63,998 bases of DNA, filler included, from Diploschistes diacapsis (GCA_023645945.1; 8 parts of 8 records of this genome joined end to end with filler, not necessarily neighbours in it); one strand, 5' to 3'. Counted from the whole stretch's first letter, positions 14,715-26,559 are shown. Numbers and translations are program-made. Notes: generated by a model from the letters alone, not told the origin.

Positions 14715-15363
14715 GTTTTCGCTGGATTTTCGTCCTCCGTTGCCTCAGAGTATCCGGTGGACCACCTCTGGTCCAAGTGAAAAGATGCAGTCGGATCGCT
14801 GAGTAAGTTGCTGGGGCCCTGACTTATACACGTGTTGTGAAAGTGAACGCCTCCTCAATGCACCAAACAGCAGCAAGAAAACGCGAAGTGTACCCCAACA
14901 TTGGCCACAACATTCACCCAAACCGTATGACTCAATTCACGAGCTTCTGCCTCGCTTCAACCATCCGCTCAGGGTGCCGCAACGGCAGCAATGCAGGTGC
15001 TTAGAGCCATCAACCTCGGGACGCAAAGGGTACTAACGATGCGGAGAGGGACGAGCTTGTAGAAAGAATACTGTTATCGAGCACCGTAGAGCTAAAGTCA
15101 GTAACGAGGTGAATGAGAGATTGTGGAAGTGACGAAAGTACTGGTTGCGTGAACGGCGATGGATCATGGATGTTTTGATGGTAAGCCCCACAATTAAAAC
15201 TATTGGCCTGGATACCCCGTCCCAGTTCGGGGCACCGTATAAGCTGGTGCACCCCGGCGCTTCAGCACTCTGCGGGCATTGGGACATCTCTTATTCTGAT
15301 CTGAAGCAAAAAGACCGTAGCGAGTATAGTACACGCAACACATAGCAGAAACCCGGTGTAGTC

Positions 15364-15950
15364 ATGGCGAACGTATGTTTCAGTAGATCCGCAGTCTTCG
15401 GAACGAAGAAGAAATACTTACTATATTGCAGAAAGCTGCAAAACAGCTTGCCGCTCGAAACACCGCAATCCTTAAGCGAATACACCTGATCTCTGCACTT
15501 ATCAACTTTCTGTTCATTCTACTTCGGTTCTGGATCTTCAGGCCTTCATGCACTCGGAACACATATGTTCTTTACTCCTTGCTTGCTGCTCCGGCTTTGG
15601 GGATCGAGTTCTGGTTCGAGAGCATTGCTCGACCAAGAGTTGATGCCAGCGGCGAGCTTCGAAGAGCTGGGGAGGACCTCGAAGCCAAAGGTCTCATCGA
15701 ATATTTGCATGATGTTCTGTACTGGACTTGGGGTGTGACTACACTCGCTGCACTCTTTGGAGATAGGCTTTGGTGGTTATACGTTGTGATCCCGCTGTAC
15801 TCGGTTTGGCTGGCATATTCGACTTTTATGGGTGTTAGGCAAGGGTTCGCAGGTCTTTCTGGCGATAGCGGGGACAGCTTGGGAGCCGTGATGAGCAACA
15901 GGCAGAAGAAGATGGAGAAGAGAGGCGTTCAGAAAGTGCAGTATCGGTAA
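15364..15950 (+). CDS. SND2: SRP-independent ER targeting protein Snd2/TMEM208 (DUF788)
   Basis: ATG GCG AAC, intron (GTATGT...TTGCAG, 15373-15431), then KAAKQLAARN. Motifs GEDLEAKGLIEYLHDVLYWTW and C-terminal SNRQKKMEKRG. Confidence 0.88.
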
Positions 15951-16190
15951 CATTTGATTTGCCGCTTTCCTAGCATCATGCCTTTAATCGCTCAATGAAG
16001 CTTGACGAGCGCGCATTGTTGGGTTCGCCATTACCTGGTCTATATAAAACAGCATAGCGACATGTGTATACACATCAGAGGCTCGTAGTTTTCGTGATAT
16101 TTCCATCCACATCAACCACGGAACTTGCTCGATATCCTTACGGATAATATAAGACGTTCTAGAGCACTAAATTTACCGATGTTTCGTGAA

Positions 16191-17244
16191 TTAGAAGCAG
16201 AAGACTTGGTCTTCGAGCTTGCTAACTAATCTTGGCTTATCGTAACCGAGAGAATCAGTGGCCTTCTTCATCGCGCTTACCATGGGAGGTGGGCCGCAGA
16301 TGAGAATTTTGATGTCCTTGGCAGGAACTGGCAGCTTGGCCTTAGAAGACTGTTCAGCACAGCCCAATCTGTTTAGAAGCAGGAACCTTACCTTGATCAT
16401 ATCAGCTGTGACAAACCCGACGCCTCCATCCCATTTCTCCGGCGGGTTATTGAGCACGTAATGGACTCTGAACTTGTTGTCCTCCATGGCCAGCGCATCT
16501 AGATCCTCCTTCAGGAGAATGTCCTCAGGATTGACGTTGGCGAAGATTAGATCGACTTCAGTATTGTCATTTCCACCATTCCTGGGTCGGCCGCGAACGA
16601 TTGCTCGGATTATCTGCAGCATGGGTGTAATGCCGGTGCCACCGGCAATCATGCCGAAATGTCTTACTAGATTCGGAGAGTAAACCATTGCGCCCTTTGG
16701 CCCCTTCACTCTGAGTGCCTGTCCAATCCTCATAGAAGCCATATGCCTCGATATGTTACCTTGAGGATAGGATTTGATCAAAAGGTCGAAGTAGCCCTTG
16801 TTCTCGTCGGAGCTAATGGGTGTATATGACCGCACAACCTCCTTCGGCTGGCCTTCGATATTAGCCCCAACAGAGATATGCTGGCCAATTGGCAAGCCCA
16901 GAATGCTCTTGGACGTAGGAAGACTGAAGCGATAAATGGCGGTGTTGTGAGATAGGACTGTCTTTTCTTGCAATTCGAATTCTTGGAACATGTCTGGCTT
17001 GAGCACTTTCTTAGGTTCTGCAACGTGTTTAGCCCATATTCAACTCGAAGTGCTTGAGCCGAAACACACGCATATCAAAGTACTGCCATGCTCCCAAAGC
17101 GCCGACGAGCCCTACAGCGTAGGGCAACCAATCCGCCTTTACAATTGCGCAACCGACAAGCACGAGGGCTGAAGGGATGTAAATGAAATTGACATATTGC
17201 TTCGAAAAGATACCGCTTTCGTTTCCGGGATAGTGGGGTGCCAT
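16191..17244 (-). CDS. CBR1: NADH-cytochrome b5 reductase 1, 3 exons
   Basis: N-terminal membrane anchor. Motifs [14 protein letters not shown] (FAD), [12 protein letters not shown] (NADH), ICGPPPM and C-terminal DQVFCF. Introns ~17018-17070 and ~16341-16391. Confidence 0.95.
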
Positions 17245-19544
17245 TCTTGAGGCATGAAACGGGAAGCCACTGTCTTTAAGGATACTGCAGATGTGAGTAC
17301 GTAACAACGCTGAGGTTTACGTCCTTCGGAAAGTCACTTAACGGCAAAAGCCCTTAGTCGAGTGCTCTCAGAAAAGAATCCTGAGCTTTTGGTACAGATA
17401 TTGTTTCTCGGAAGACGAGATCAGCTTTAATGCCTCTCAACAACACTCACGGTCTAGGGTAGCCGCCGCTATATGATCGCGCAACCGCGTCGTGCACCCA
17501 CGCTCACCCATGCTCACCCTCAGGGTAAAATTCCCGTTTAGTTAGCAGTCTTCTAGATACCCTCTTTTCTCCAACCCTCCAACCCGAACATTGTGTTCTG
17601 CCTCATTACTACACTCGCTTTTAATGTTCAAGGCTTGAAAGAAATCAAAACGAGAATGTTTGGCAAAAGCTGGCAAAACTGGCACACTCCAGCCAAAGAA
17701 AAATCCCCCAAAATTTTGTGATAGACTGAGCTATAGAAACATTATTCTTTGTCTTTTGAGGATTAATATTTAATTAAAGCTGTTAGAAGATCGGAATATT
17801 TCTTTAAAAGTACACCAGCTGCGATATAGGAATACAATCTTTATAAAAATAAAAACAAGCAGAAGTGTGAGGGTGCAGCCCCTACTAACCTACCTAGTAT
17901 TTTAGGATTATTTTAGCTTACTTTTTCAACTCCGTTTAGGAACTTGGAAGGCCAGGCCGAAGTGACCCCCCAGAATAAAGGTTAATAGCGCGGATTAAGT
18001 GCACTCAGGGGCCTTGCACCATACATCAGGACGTTGAGCTTTTTGTTGAATGATGTCTCAACTAGTCAACGCTAACCCGAGATCGCACACAAGAGAGCGC
18101 ACAAGATGCTCCATCATAGCGGATGAGGGAGGCGTCATCTAGAACTTGAAGACCAGCATCGCTTCACGGGTCGCATCGTGAGTTTGGAACCAAAAGACTG
18201 CTTCATACAGAACTGTATCTCTCTCAAGCACGGGATTGAGCACATAGCGACAGGAATCCCCCGAGGTAGTAATGAAATACTTGCCAGACACGTTGCTTGT
18301 TGGCTAGGTTCTTACCTAGGTAACAAACGCCTAGCATCCGCTGCTTATCGTACAACAAATCGACCTATATTGAATGGCCCAGGCCACGAGAGTGCGAGTC
18401 CATTTACTACTATAAACACTTTCAACAAATCCGCGTGCACCAGGCGATCCTTCAACAGCACGTTCTAACAGTTTCCTGTTAGCCCTACTATCTGCATCAG
18501 TATCCTTTCCCGTTCTTATATTCATCCTTCAAGTTCTTACTCGATGACCGCAACGAGGTAAGCCAAGAAAAGTGCCCAAGTACTATCGGTTTATCATATT
18601 AGGTATTATTAACAAGCTCCTGCTTGTCGAGACGGAAACCAGAGGATAAGGACACCCAGTATCAAAAACAGGTTGGCGAACGGTAAGCTTTAATGTTTAC
18701 TAATGCCTTAATCGGCGATGGTCAGAACAAATCCCAAAACGACGAAGATTAATGTGATCGAAAGTAAAAGAAGCGGAGAAGCTGAGGATGATAAAAAGAG
18801 GGAAATAGACTTTATGCAGCTGATAGGAATAGCTAAATGTATAGAAAGTACGAGCTTGGCTTGATGAAGGAAACGAAGTGTGCAGACAGAACAGAACCTG
18901 GTCAAAGCGGTAAAGATAAGGGTGGCTGAGGTCCTCCCCAGCTTACTTGATTATTTAGACGACGTGATTCGCTATGGGGGGTATTCTACCATTTCTGTAC
19001 GCATTATTTATTGCATGCATAGAGTTTCTCGCATGCATGGTTGACGTTGATGATCAGGAACAACAGTCCTATGGTAAATAAGTTGATACCCATGGTCTCG
19101 GGCCATTATATTCATTGAAAATTGCTTGAATTGCTGCCTTCGATCGTTCTAACAAAGCGATACCGCGCAGCATCTGAATATATCTGAAATTGAATTATTG
19201 AAAAGAGGTTGTACAGAGCTTTGGCCTAGAGATATTTACTCGCATGATACGGTATTGCTACCACACAGCCTCGGGCACCTACCAAACTTGGCAGCCTTCC
19301 AAGCCTGATCCTTTACTACAACCTGGAGGTGGCGAGGAAAAGCTGCTATAGGTGCCCGCTCCTAGTGTTCAGCCTCGCAAAGACGCTCGACATGACTTAA
19401 AAACTCCATTCCCAGCCGAAGAGCTCGCGTATTACGGTCTCAGCTTTCTCTTTGTCATAGTAGGATAACAGCTTCCCGCTGTAGTCGTTTTCACTCGATC
19501 CACGACCTTTGGGAGATCCATGTCATCTTGTCTCCAAGCGCAAA

Positions 19545-22500
19545 ATGTGCGACAGCGAACCTGCGCAACATAACCGACCTTCACAACGGTTCAAGGTAAC
19601 GTTAATAGAATTGGATTTGAAGGCCGTACCAACACTCCCTAGCGGAAGAGTGATGATTCGCAACATGTGTCGGATAGAGCACAAATCGGCTGGGACAGAA
19701 CGACGTACCGAATTACTAGAATTAATGAGGGATTCGACGTGCCGCGCCTTTCGCAGGCGTTAGAGGGTCTCTCCGAGTTCAAAGATAATCCATTCAAAAT
19801 CCATTCACTCGCATATGATGCATCGGATGAAACAGAACCGCCATGGAAGGTTGCTACCATATCATTCCGTACGAGGCCGATACACATGCAGAACCCACGG
19901 GACGATCAAAACCAATGGGGTTTCGAGATTCCTTCTAGCTTAACAGATCCAACTGAGTGCAATCGCATAATTTTTGACGCAGGTTTCAATGGTTTCACAC
20001 CGCTGTCACCTGCAGAGAGTGGTAGAGAGTATATCATAGAGTGCGGCTTTACTTAAATTTACGAAAAATCGGCTAAGCTGTTCAGTTGTATTCTCATCCA
20101 TGGATGGGGAGGTCATGCGATCGGTTCCTTCAAATCCTCATCGAGCTTTCACGTCTGGCCACGTGATTCTCTACCGAGGCGCTTTCCTCAATTACGAATA
20201 TGGACGTACGGTTATGATTCAAAATTGACCGAGACCGACTCGATCGCAGACGTGTACGAATATGCAGAGACATTCAGAATACATCTGCGCATCCTTCGAC
20301 GTAAAACAAAGGTTTGTTCATTTGGCAGAGACTAGATCAAGCTAACACCTATTCTTCCAAGGCGAACAACTCTCCATTTCCACTCATTTTCATGGTGCAC
20401 AGCCTTGGAGGCTGGATTTTCAAAGAAGTAAGCATATCTTATATAGGTCATGTGAGGGGCTACTGAGAATACGCAAAAGGCTGTGATTGGCATGGAAAGC
20501 AGTACGGATCCAGATGATCAACTTAACCTACAATCCATTTACGGGGCCTTGTTTTTCGGCGTCCCAAGCCAAGGAATGAATGTGGAAGCCATGGCGAGCA
20601 TGATCGAAGGCCTCCCGGCTCGATACACATTGAATCTACTCGATCAGCGGCTAGGCTTTCGGCTCCGGAATAGACAGCACGAAGACTTTTGCAAGGCCTT
20701 CGCCTATAAAAATTCCAAAATTGTTCAATTCTTCGAGTTGAAAAAGTCTCCAACAGTTATTCAGGTTAGTCATTCTAGTTGCATCTTTCAGGGTGCTGGA
20801 ACTTTTACAGGACGGTGATTCGAAGCACTGGTCCCGTAACGGTCCCAAAGAGCTCCTCGTTGATCCTGCCTCGGCGACCCATGGTCGATCGTGGGAGACC
20901 GGAAACGATTATATCGTCTCGCTCGATGAAAATCATTCTAATATGATCAAGTTCTCGGATTATGACCGAGATGGATACGAAAAAGTATGCGATGTCGTAC
21001 GAGATTTTGTGAAACATGCAGGTATAGTGATCAAAGCTCGGATAAAGAACATTTCGAGTAAGAATATGTGCTCTTGTCAATCCGCTAGCATTACTGGGTT
21101 AGCTAAATTCGAAGCCAGTCCCCTCGGCACAACCCAGAGAACTAACGTCTGATGAACAAGGTTTGTTTCCATACTTTCCTCGATCAAAGCTTTCTAACAT
21201 ACCTCGCAGCTTGTTTGCAGTCTTTGTATTTCCCGGAGATGGACTTACGCAAGAATGATATAGAAAAACCAGAGGCTTCTACGTGTGAATGGCTTTCTCG
21301 GCACTCGATCTATCGCAAATGGTTTGGTCAGCAGCACGGACTTCTATGGGTCAAAGGAAAACCAGGAGCGGGAAAGTCGACAGTCTTAAAACATGCACTC
21401 GACTTGAGTAAGGAACAGGAAACCCAAGGGTCCATTATTGCTTCCTTTTTCTTCCACGGCCGTGGTGCTGCAATACAAAAGAGTCCTCTTGGGCTGTACC
21501 GGACCCTACTGCATCAAATCCTCCAACAAATTCCTAACCTGCTCCTGGAGTTAACATCTCTATACCAAAAAAGATGCCAAACCCAAGGACCGTTTAAGGA
21601 AAGGTGGGACTGGCAGGAGAGAGATCTCCGAGATTTCTTCGAAGCTCATATCACGAACGCAGCAAAGGTGTATACAATACATATATACGTTGATGCGCTT
21701 GACGAGTGTGGGGGAGAAGACGTTAAGAAGCTTGTTGATTTCTTTGATCGCGTTGTTTCTAAGCCAGATTTCAGCGAAGCGTCTCTTGGAATATGTTTTT
21801 CCTGCCGGCATTATCCGCCGATAGCTCTGGAGGGCGGGCTTGAAGTCTGCGTCGAGGACCAGAACTCTCAGGATATCGAAACCTACATTAAATGCACTAT
21901 AAAAACCGATATTCGATCGAGGGCAAGCATGGAAGTGATTCGAGATGAAATAATACTAAGATCCGAGAGTAGTTTTCAATGGACCGTCCTCGTCATAGCC
22001 GAAGTTCTTCGCTTACGCCGGAAAGGGCAGAAACTAGCAACCATACGAGATAGAATCCGAACGATACCCTCAGACTTGGGAAAACTATACGGAGAACTCC
22101 TTCACGGAATCGAGAAGGAGGACATGCCACAATCGTTATACCTAATGCAATGGATATGCTTCGCATTCAGGCCTCTTTCTTTGGAGGAGCTACGCTTCGC
22201 TATGGCTGTAGATGCAGATAGCCCCTATACGTCAATTCGTCAATGCCGCGACTCTCAAGAATTTTCAGAGACCGACGAAGAGATGGAACGAAGAATCTGC
22301 GATCTTTCTAGAGGTCTGGTCGAAGTCAAAAATCATGACGATAGGCGAGTGGCGCAGTTTATCCATCAGACTGTTAACGATTATCTCTTCGAAAAAGGGC
22401 TCCAAATTCTTGAAAGCTCTTCCACTTCCAACATGATAGGTCACTCTCATTCCCCGCTTGCGAGATCATGTGTTAGATACCTCAGCATGAAAGAAATTCA

Positions 22501-24253
22501 AGTTTATGATTTCACACAGCCCCTTTATTTTGAATCCCCATTTCCATTCTTAGAGTACTGTGCAACAAATTGGATGCTGCATTCCCAAACGGCCGAAAAA
22601 GAAGGTTATCCACAAAATTATCTTCTTCCTTTTTTCCATGGACCATCCAGCATAATGCAGAAGTGGGTTCTGATTCATAATGCGATCAATCGGTTTACAA
22701 ACATGTGTCCTGCGCCTGGATCGACCATTTTGCACATTGCTTCGAAACACAATCTGATGAATATTCTATCTGATGGCTTGGGGCAGGGAATTGAGGCGGA
22801 TTCGAAGGACGAGCATGGTCAAACGCCGCTGTCTTTGGCGGCCTGGCAAGGGCACGAGGCGGTAGTGAAGCTGCTGGTGGAGCGGGACGACGTCGAGGCG
22901 GATTCGAAGGACGAGAATGGCCGAACGCCGCTGTTGAGGGCGGCTTGGAAAGGGCACGAGGCGGTAGTGAAGTTACTGGTGGAGCGGGACGACGTCGAGG
23001 CGGATTCGAAGGATAAGTATGGCCAAACGCCGTTGTGTTGGGCGGCCTGGCAAGGGCACGAGGCGGTAATGAAGCTGTTGGTGGAGCGGGACGACGTCGA
23101 GGCGGATTCGAAGGATAATAATGGCCGGACGCCGTTGCGTTGGGCGGCCTATCAAGGACACGAGGCGGTAGTGAAGCTGCTGATAGAACGGGACGACGTC
23201 GAGGCGAATTCGAAGGATAATGATGGTCAAACACCGCTGTCGGAGGCGATTGAGGCAGGGCACGAGGCGGTAGTGAAGTTACTGGTGAAGCGGGACGACG
23301 TCGAGGCGGATTCGAAGGATAAGTATGGCCAAACGCCGTTGTGTTGGGCGGCCTGGCAAGGGTACGAGGCGGTAGTGAAGCTGCTGGTGGAGCGGGACGA
23401 CGTCGAGGCGGATTCGAAGAACGAGAATGGTCAAACGCCGCTGTCTTTGGCGGCCTGGCAAGGGGACGAGGCGGTAGTGAAGCTGTTGATGGAGCGGGAC
23501 GACGTCGAGGCGGATTCGAAGGATAATGATGGCCGGACGCCGTTGCGTTGGGCGGCCTATCAAGGACACGAGGCGGTAGTGAAGTTGTTGGTAGAACGGG
23601 ACGACGTCGAGGCGGATTCGAAGGATAAGTATGGCCAAACGCCGCTGTCTTTGGCGGCCTGGCAAGGGCACGAGGCGGTAGTGAAGCTGCTGGTGGAACG
23701 GGACGACGTCGAGGCGGATTCGAAGGATAAGTATGATCGGACGCCGCTGTCGTGGGCGGCCGAGAAAGGGCACGAGGCGGCCAAGGAAGGGCACGAGGCG
23801 GCCAAGGAAGGGCACGAGGCGGTAGTGAAACTGTTGATGGAACGGGACGACGTCGAGGCGGATTCGAAGGACGAGAATGGCCGGACGCCGCTGTGTTTGG
23901 CGGCCTGGCGAGGGCACGAGGCGGTAGTGAAGCTGCTGGTGGAACGGGACGACGTCGAGGCGGATTCGAAGGATAAGTATGGCCAAACGCCGTTGTCGTT
24001 GACGGCTCAGTATGGGCACGAGGCGGTGGCGAAGTTGTTGGTGGAGCGGGACGACGTCGAGGCGGATTCGAAGGACGAGGATGGCCGGACGCCGCTGTCG
24101 GGGGCGGCCCAGGATGGGCACGAGGCGGTAGTAAAGCTGCTGGTGGAGCGGGACGACGTCGAGGCGGATTCGAAGGATAATAATGGTCAAACACCGCTGT
24201 CGAGGGCGGTCCAGGCAGGGCACGAGGCGGTAGCCAAGATCTTACAAAAGTAA
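19545..24253 (+). CDS. Fungal NLR (STAND): SesB-like alpha/beta-hydrolase + NACHT + ankyrin repeats
   Basis: About 7 GT-AG introns join CILIHGWGGH...WPRDSLP...RIWTYGYDS, MVHSLGG (nucleophile elbow) and FFGVPSQG to a NACHT domain (Walker A GKPGAGKST, Walker B YVDALDEC, FIHQTVNDYL) and 14 ankyrin repeats. Start codon uncertain. Confidence 0.9.
22796..24240 (+). repeat. 14 tandem 102-bp ankyrin-coding repeats with high internal conservation
   Basis: The unit ADSKDxxGxTPLxxAAxxGHEAVVKLLVERDDVE repeats with near-identical DNA outside the variable codons. Confidence 0.97.
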
Positions 24254-24833
24254 TTAAACTTAATGCTCCACCTCTCTACCTTCCTCCTCGGTAATATGAA
24301 TCCTTTATATGAAAGCCAGTTTCCATCAAGTTCTAAGTGATTTTATCTTAGATGAAACAGTAGCGATAGTCGGCAATTCGGAAACTGATTTTAAAATCTA
24401 CCAACAAGAGCAGACCTTCGAAGCACGAGTCAAATCTTCGCTACAGCAACAAAGGAGCTGACTTGAGTCGTTGGATACGAATTGCCTACAGTAGAGAGCC
24501 GCAGGCAGCGGTACGCCCCCAGGAAGGAGAGCCCGGAAAGCAAAAGGAACAAAGGTTGGATCATCAAGTGGATCGACCATCACATCCCACGGCAATCTCA
24601 CCCTTGTTGTCCCATATCTACCATCCCATAAAATCGTCCGTAACGTCTTTTCATCTCCTAGTCAACACCACAGGAACCGTGCCTCGGCAACCATCACTCT
24701 AGAGAACCCCTCCACCGCTTCCCCTCGACAACGGCCCTTTCCCCTCGGCCGTCCACTCCCTTCCCTTCATCACCACGCCACACAACGCCAGGACCTCGGA
24801 AGAACCCCCCCTCTAACCTCTGTAGATCTCGGC

Positions 24834-24933
24834 NNNNNNNNNNNNNNNNNNNNNNNNNNNNNNNNNNNNNNNNNNNNTTAATTAATTAANNNNNNNNNNN
24901 NNNNNNNNNNNNNNNNNNNNNNNNNNNNNNNNN
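24834..24933. other. Artificial contig linker (also at 27211-27310, 29586-29685, 31959-32058, 34332-34431, 36704-36803, 61628-61727)
   Basis: Each is 44 N + TTAATTAATTAA (stops in all six frames) + 44 N. Confidence 0.98.
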
Positions 24934-25866
24934 CTCCTCCACCTACTGTCCCCCAAAACCCTCACCGACCCGCAATCCCCCCTCCATCTCTGGCACTGGG
25001 CCTCTCACTCGACCCTCTTCCACGACTTCGCCACCGCCCTCCTCTCCTCGCCCGGGCACGCATGGTGGACGAGCCTGGCGCTGTACCTCGAGCTCGGATG
25101 GGCGTGGCGCACGGCGGCTACTGCAAAGCGCTGGCGCATTCCGCACGCGGAGCTGTATTTTGCGCTCGCGCAGATCCTGCCGGTGAGTTTTGCGGGGGGG
25201 CTGTTTGGGGTGGCTGTGCTGCTGCATCGGGAGCTGGAAGCGGCGCGTAGGGGGAGCTTGGGTGCTGAGAGGGAGGTGGCGCGCGCTACGGACTCGGGGT
25301 CGGGCGCGGCAGGTGGGCCGAGCGCCTCCCGGAGCGGGCTGGCTGGGCGGAGCGCCGTCGCGCTCGTCGTGCCGCTCCTGTACGTGGGCCTGGTGTCGCG
25401 GCTCCCTGCCGTGCTCGCGGCGAGTGCACGGCTGCTTATGCCCGCTGTACTGGCGACGAGGGGGTTGGTCGGCGCTCCGTATGTTTTGTTGAAAGGCGGT
25501 TTTTTTGGGGGCGGTGAGGGGGAGGAGGACGGGAAGGGCAGAGACGATGGTGATGATAGCGGCAACGGTAAAGGTAGGGATGGTGGCAAAGGGAAGGAGG
25601 ATATGAGTGAGAGCGGAGGCGGGAGTGGAAGTTCCTTGTTCTGGACCGTTTTCCTGCCTTTGGCTGCGGGTGATATGGTGCTCAAGACGCTTGCTGTGGG
25701 GAACGGCGCGGTGGCGGTGGCGGTGGTTGTGGAGAGATTAAGGGGCGCGCTGGCCGAGTCGTCGGCTGTGGCGGCGCTGGGGTGGGATGTGGTGATTGCT
25801 GGGTTTGGGCTTGTTGTTTTGGGGTTGGTGGGATATAGGGATAAGGGCAGGGATGCTACCTACTGA
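24934..25866 (+). CDS. 5'-truncated fungal multi-pass membrane protein of unknown function
   Basis: Frame open from near the contig start: LWHWASHSTLFHDFATAL...YFALAQILPVSFA followed by several hydrophobic segments. TGA at 25866. Confidence 0.6.
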   Translation, partial: LLHLLSPKTLTDPQSPLHLWHWASHSTLFHDFATALLSSPGHAWWTSLALYLELGWAWRTAATAKRWRIPHAELYFALAQILPVSFAGGLFGVAVLLHRELEAARRGSLGAEREVARATDSGSGAAGGPSASRSGLAGRSAVALVVPLLYVGLVSRLPAVLAASARLLMPAVLATRGLVGAPYVLLKGGFFGGGEGEEDGKGRDDGDDSGNGKGRDGGKGKEDMSESGGGSGSSLFWTVFLPLAAGDMVLKTLAVGNGAVAVAVVVERLRGALAESSAVAALGWDVVIAGFGLVVLGLVGYRDKGRDATY

Positions 25867-26559
25867 TGGGATTCTGTTTATTCATGATTCATGTTGGTGC
25901 TCTATATACGGGGTAGTTACTTTGGTACATCTTCGGGGACTGCTATTGGAGACAGAGAAACTTGGCCTTTGTCATCTAGTCCTTCAGACAGGGGAGATTC
26001 ATCTGCATCCTGCCGTTCAAAAAGCCATAGTCGTGTGTCAAGTCTTAACATTATTCATTTATATTATCTTACCTTTTCTCGCCTGTACCCCGTCCCTCAC
26101 TCCTTTTTCTCACTCACCTGTTGTTTACTTTCACTTTTCCATGTCCCACACCTCTTCCCATTCATCGCTCATCTCTCCTTTCAGCCTCTCCATCCTCTAC
26201 CTTCCACGAACGATGCTCGGCACAGCAAATGGGAAGTACAACCAGCGCAGATTTGCTCGCTAGATGGGAAACAGTCCTGTCCCGTCCTTTCCGCGCAAAA
26301 GTAAAAATCTTCCTTGGGGCCCGAAAATCCCCAACAAAAGCTCGCAGTTCTATTGGAGATCCCTTTTGTGGAAAAGGGGCATGAAGCAACATTTGCCCTG
26401 GATCGCGGGCCGGGATTCGTAAAAAAATCTCCCCCGTCCACGACCAAACGAGGGGGATCCTGTGTTGCTAGGAAAGAAAATGGCGAGTTAGGGGCCAGAA
26501 CGCAAGAAACAGAACGACAAAAAAAAAAGATAACTGCTAACGTAAGCAAGTCTTATTCT

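Noticed and set aside
22695..24223. Long antisense ORFs (499 aa and 314 aa) over the ankyrin array
   Set aside because: They are shadows of a GC-rich tandem repeat that lacks stops on the opposite strand, and the products are low-complexity.
22796..24240. CRISPR-like repeat/spacer pattern
   Set aside because: The units are in-frame 34-codon ankyrin repeats in a eukaryotic gene. The variable parts are codons, not unique spacers.
24878..24889. Recurrent palindrome TTAATTAATTAA
   Set aside because: Synthetic six-frame stop linker inside the N gaps.
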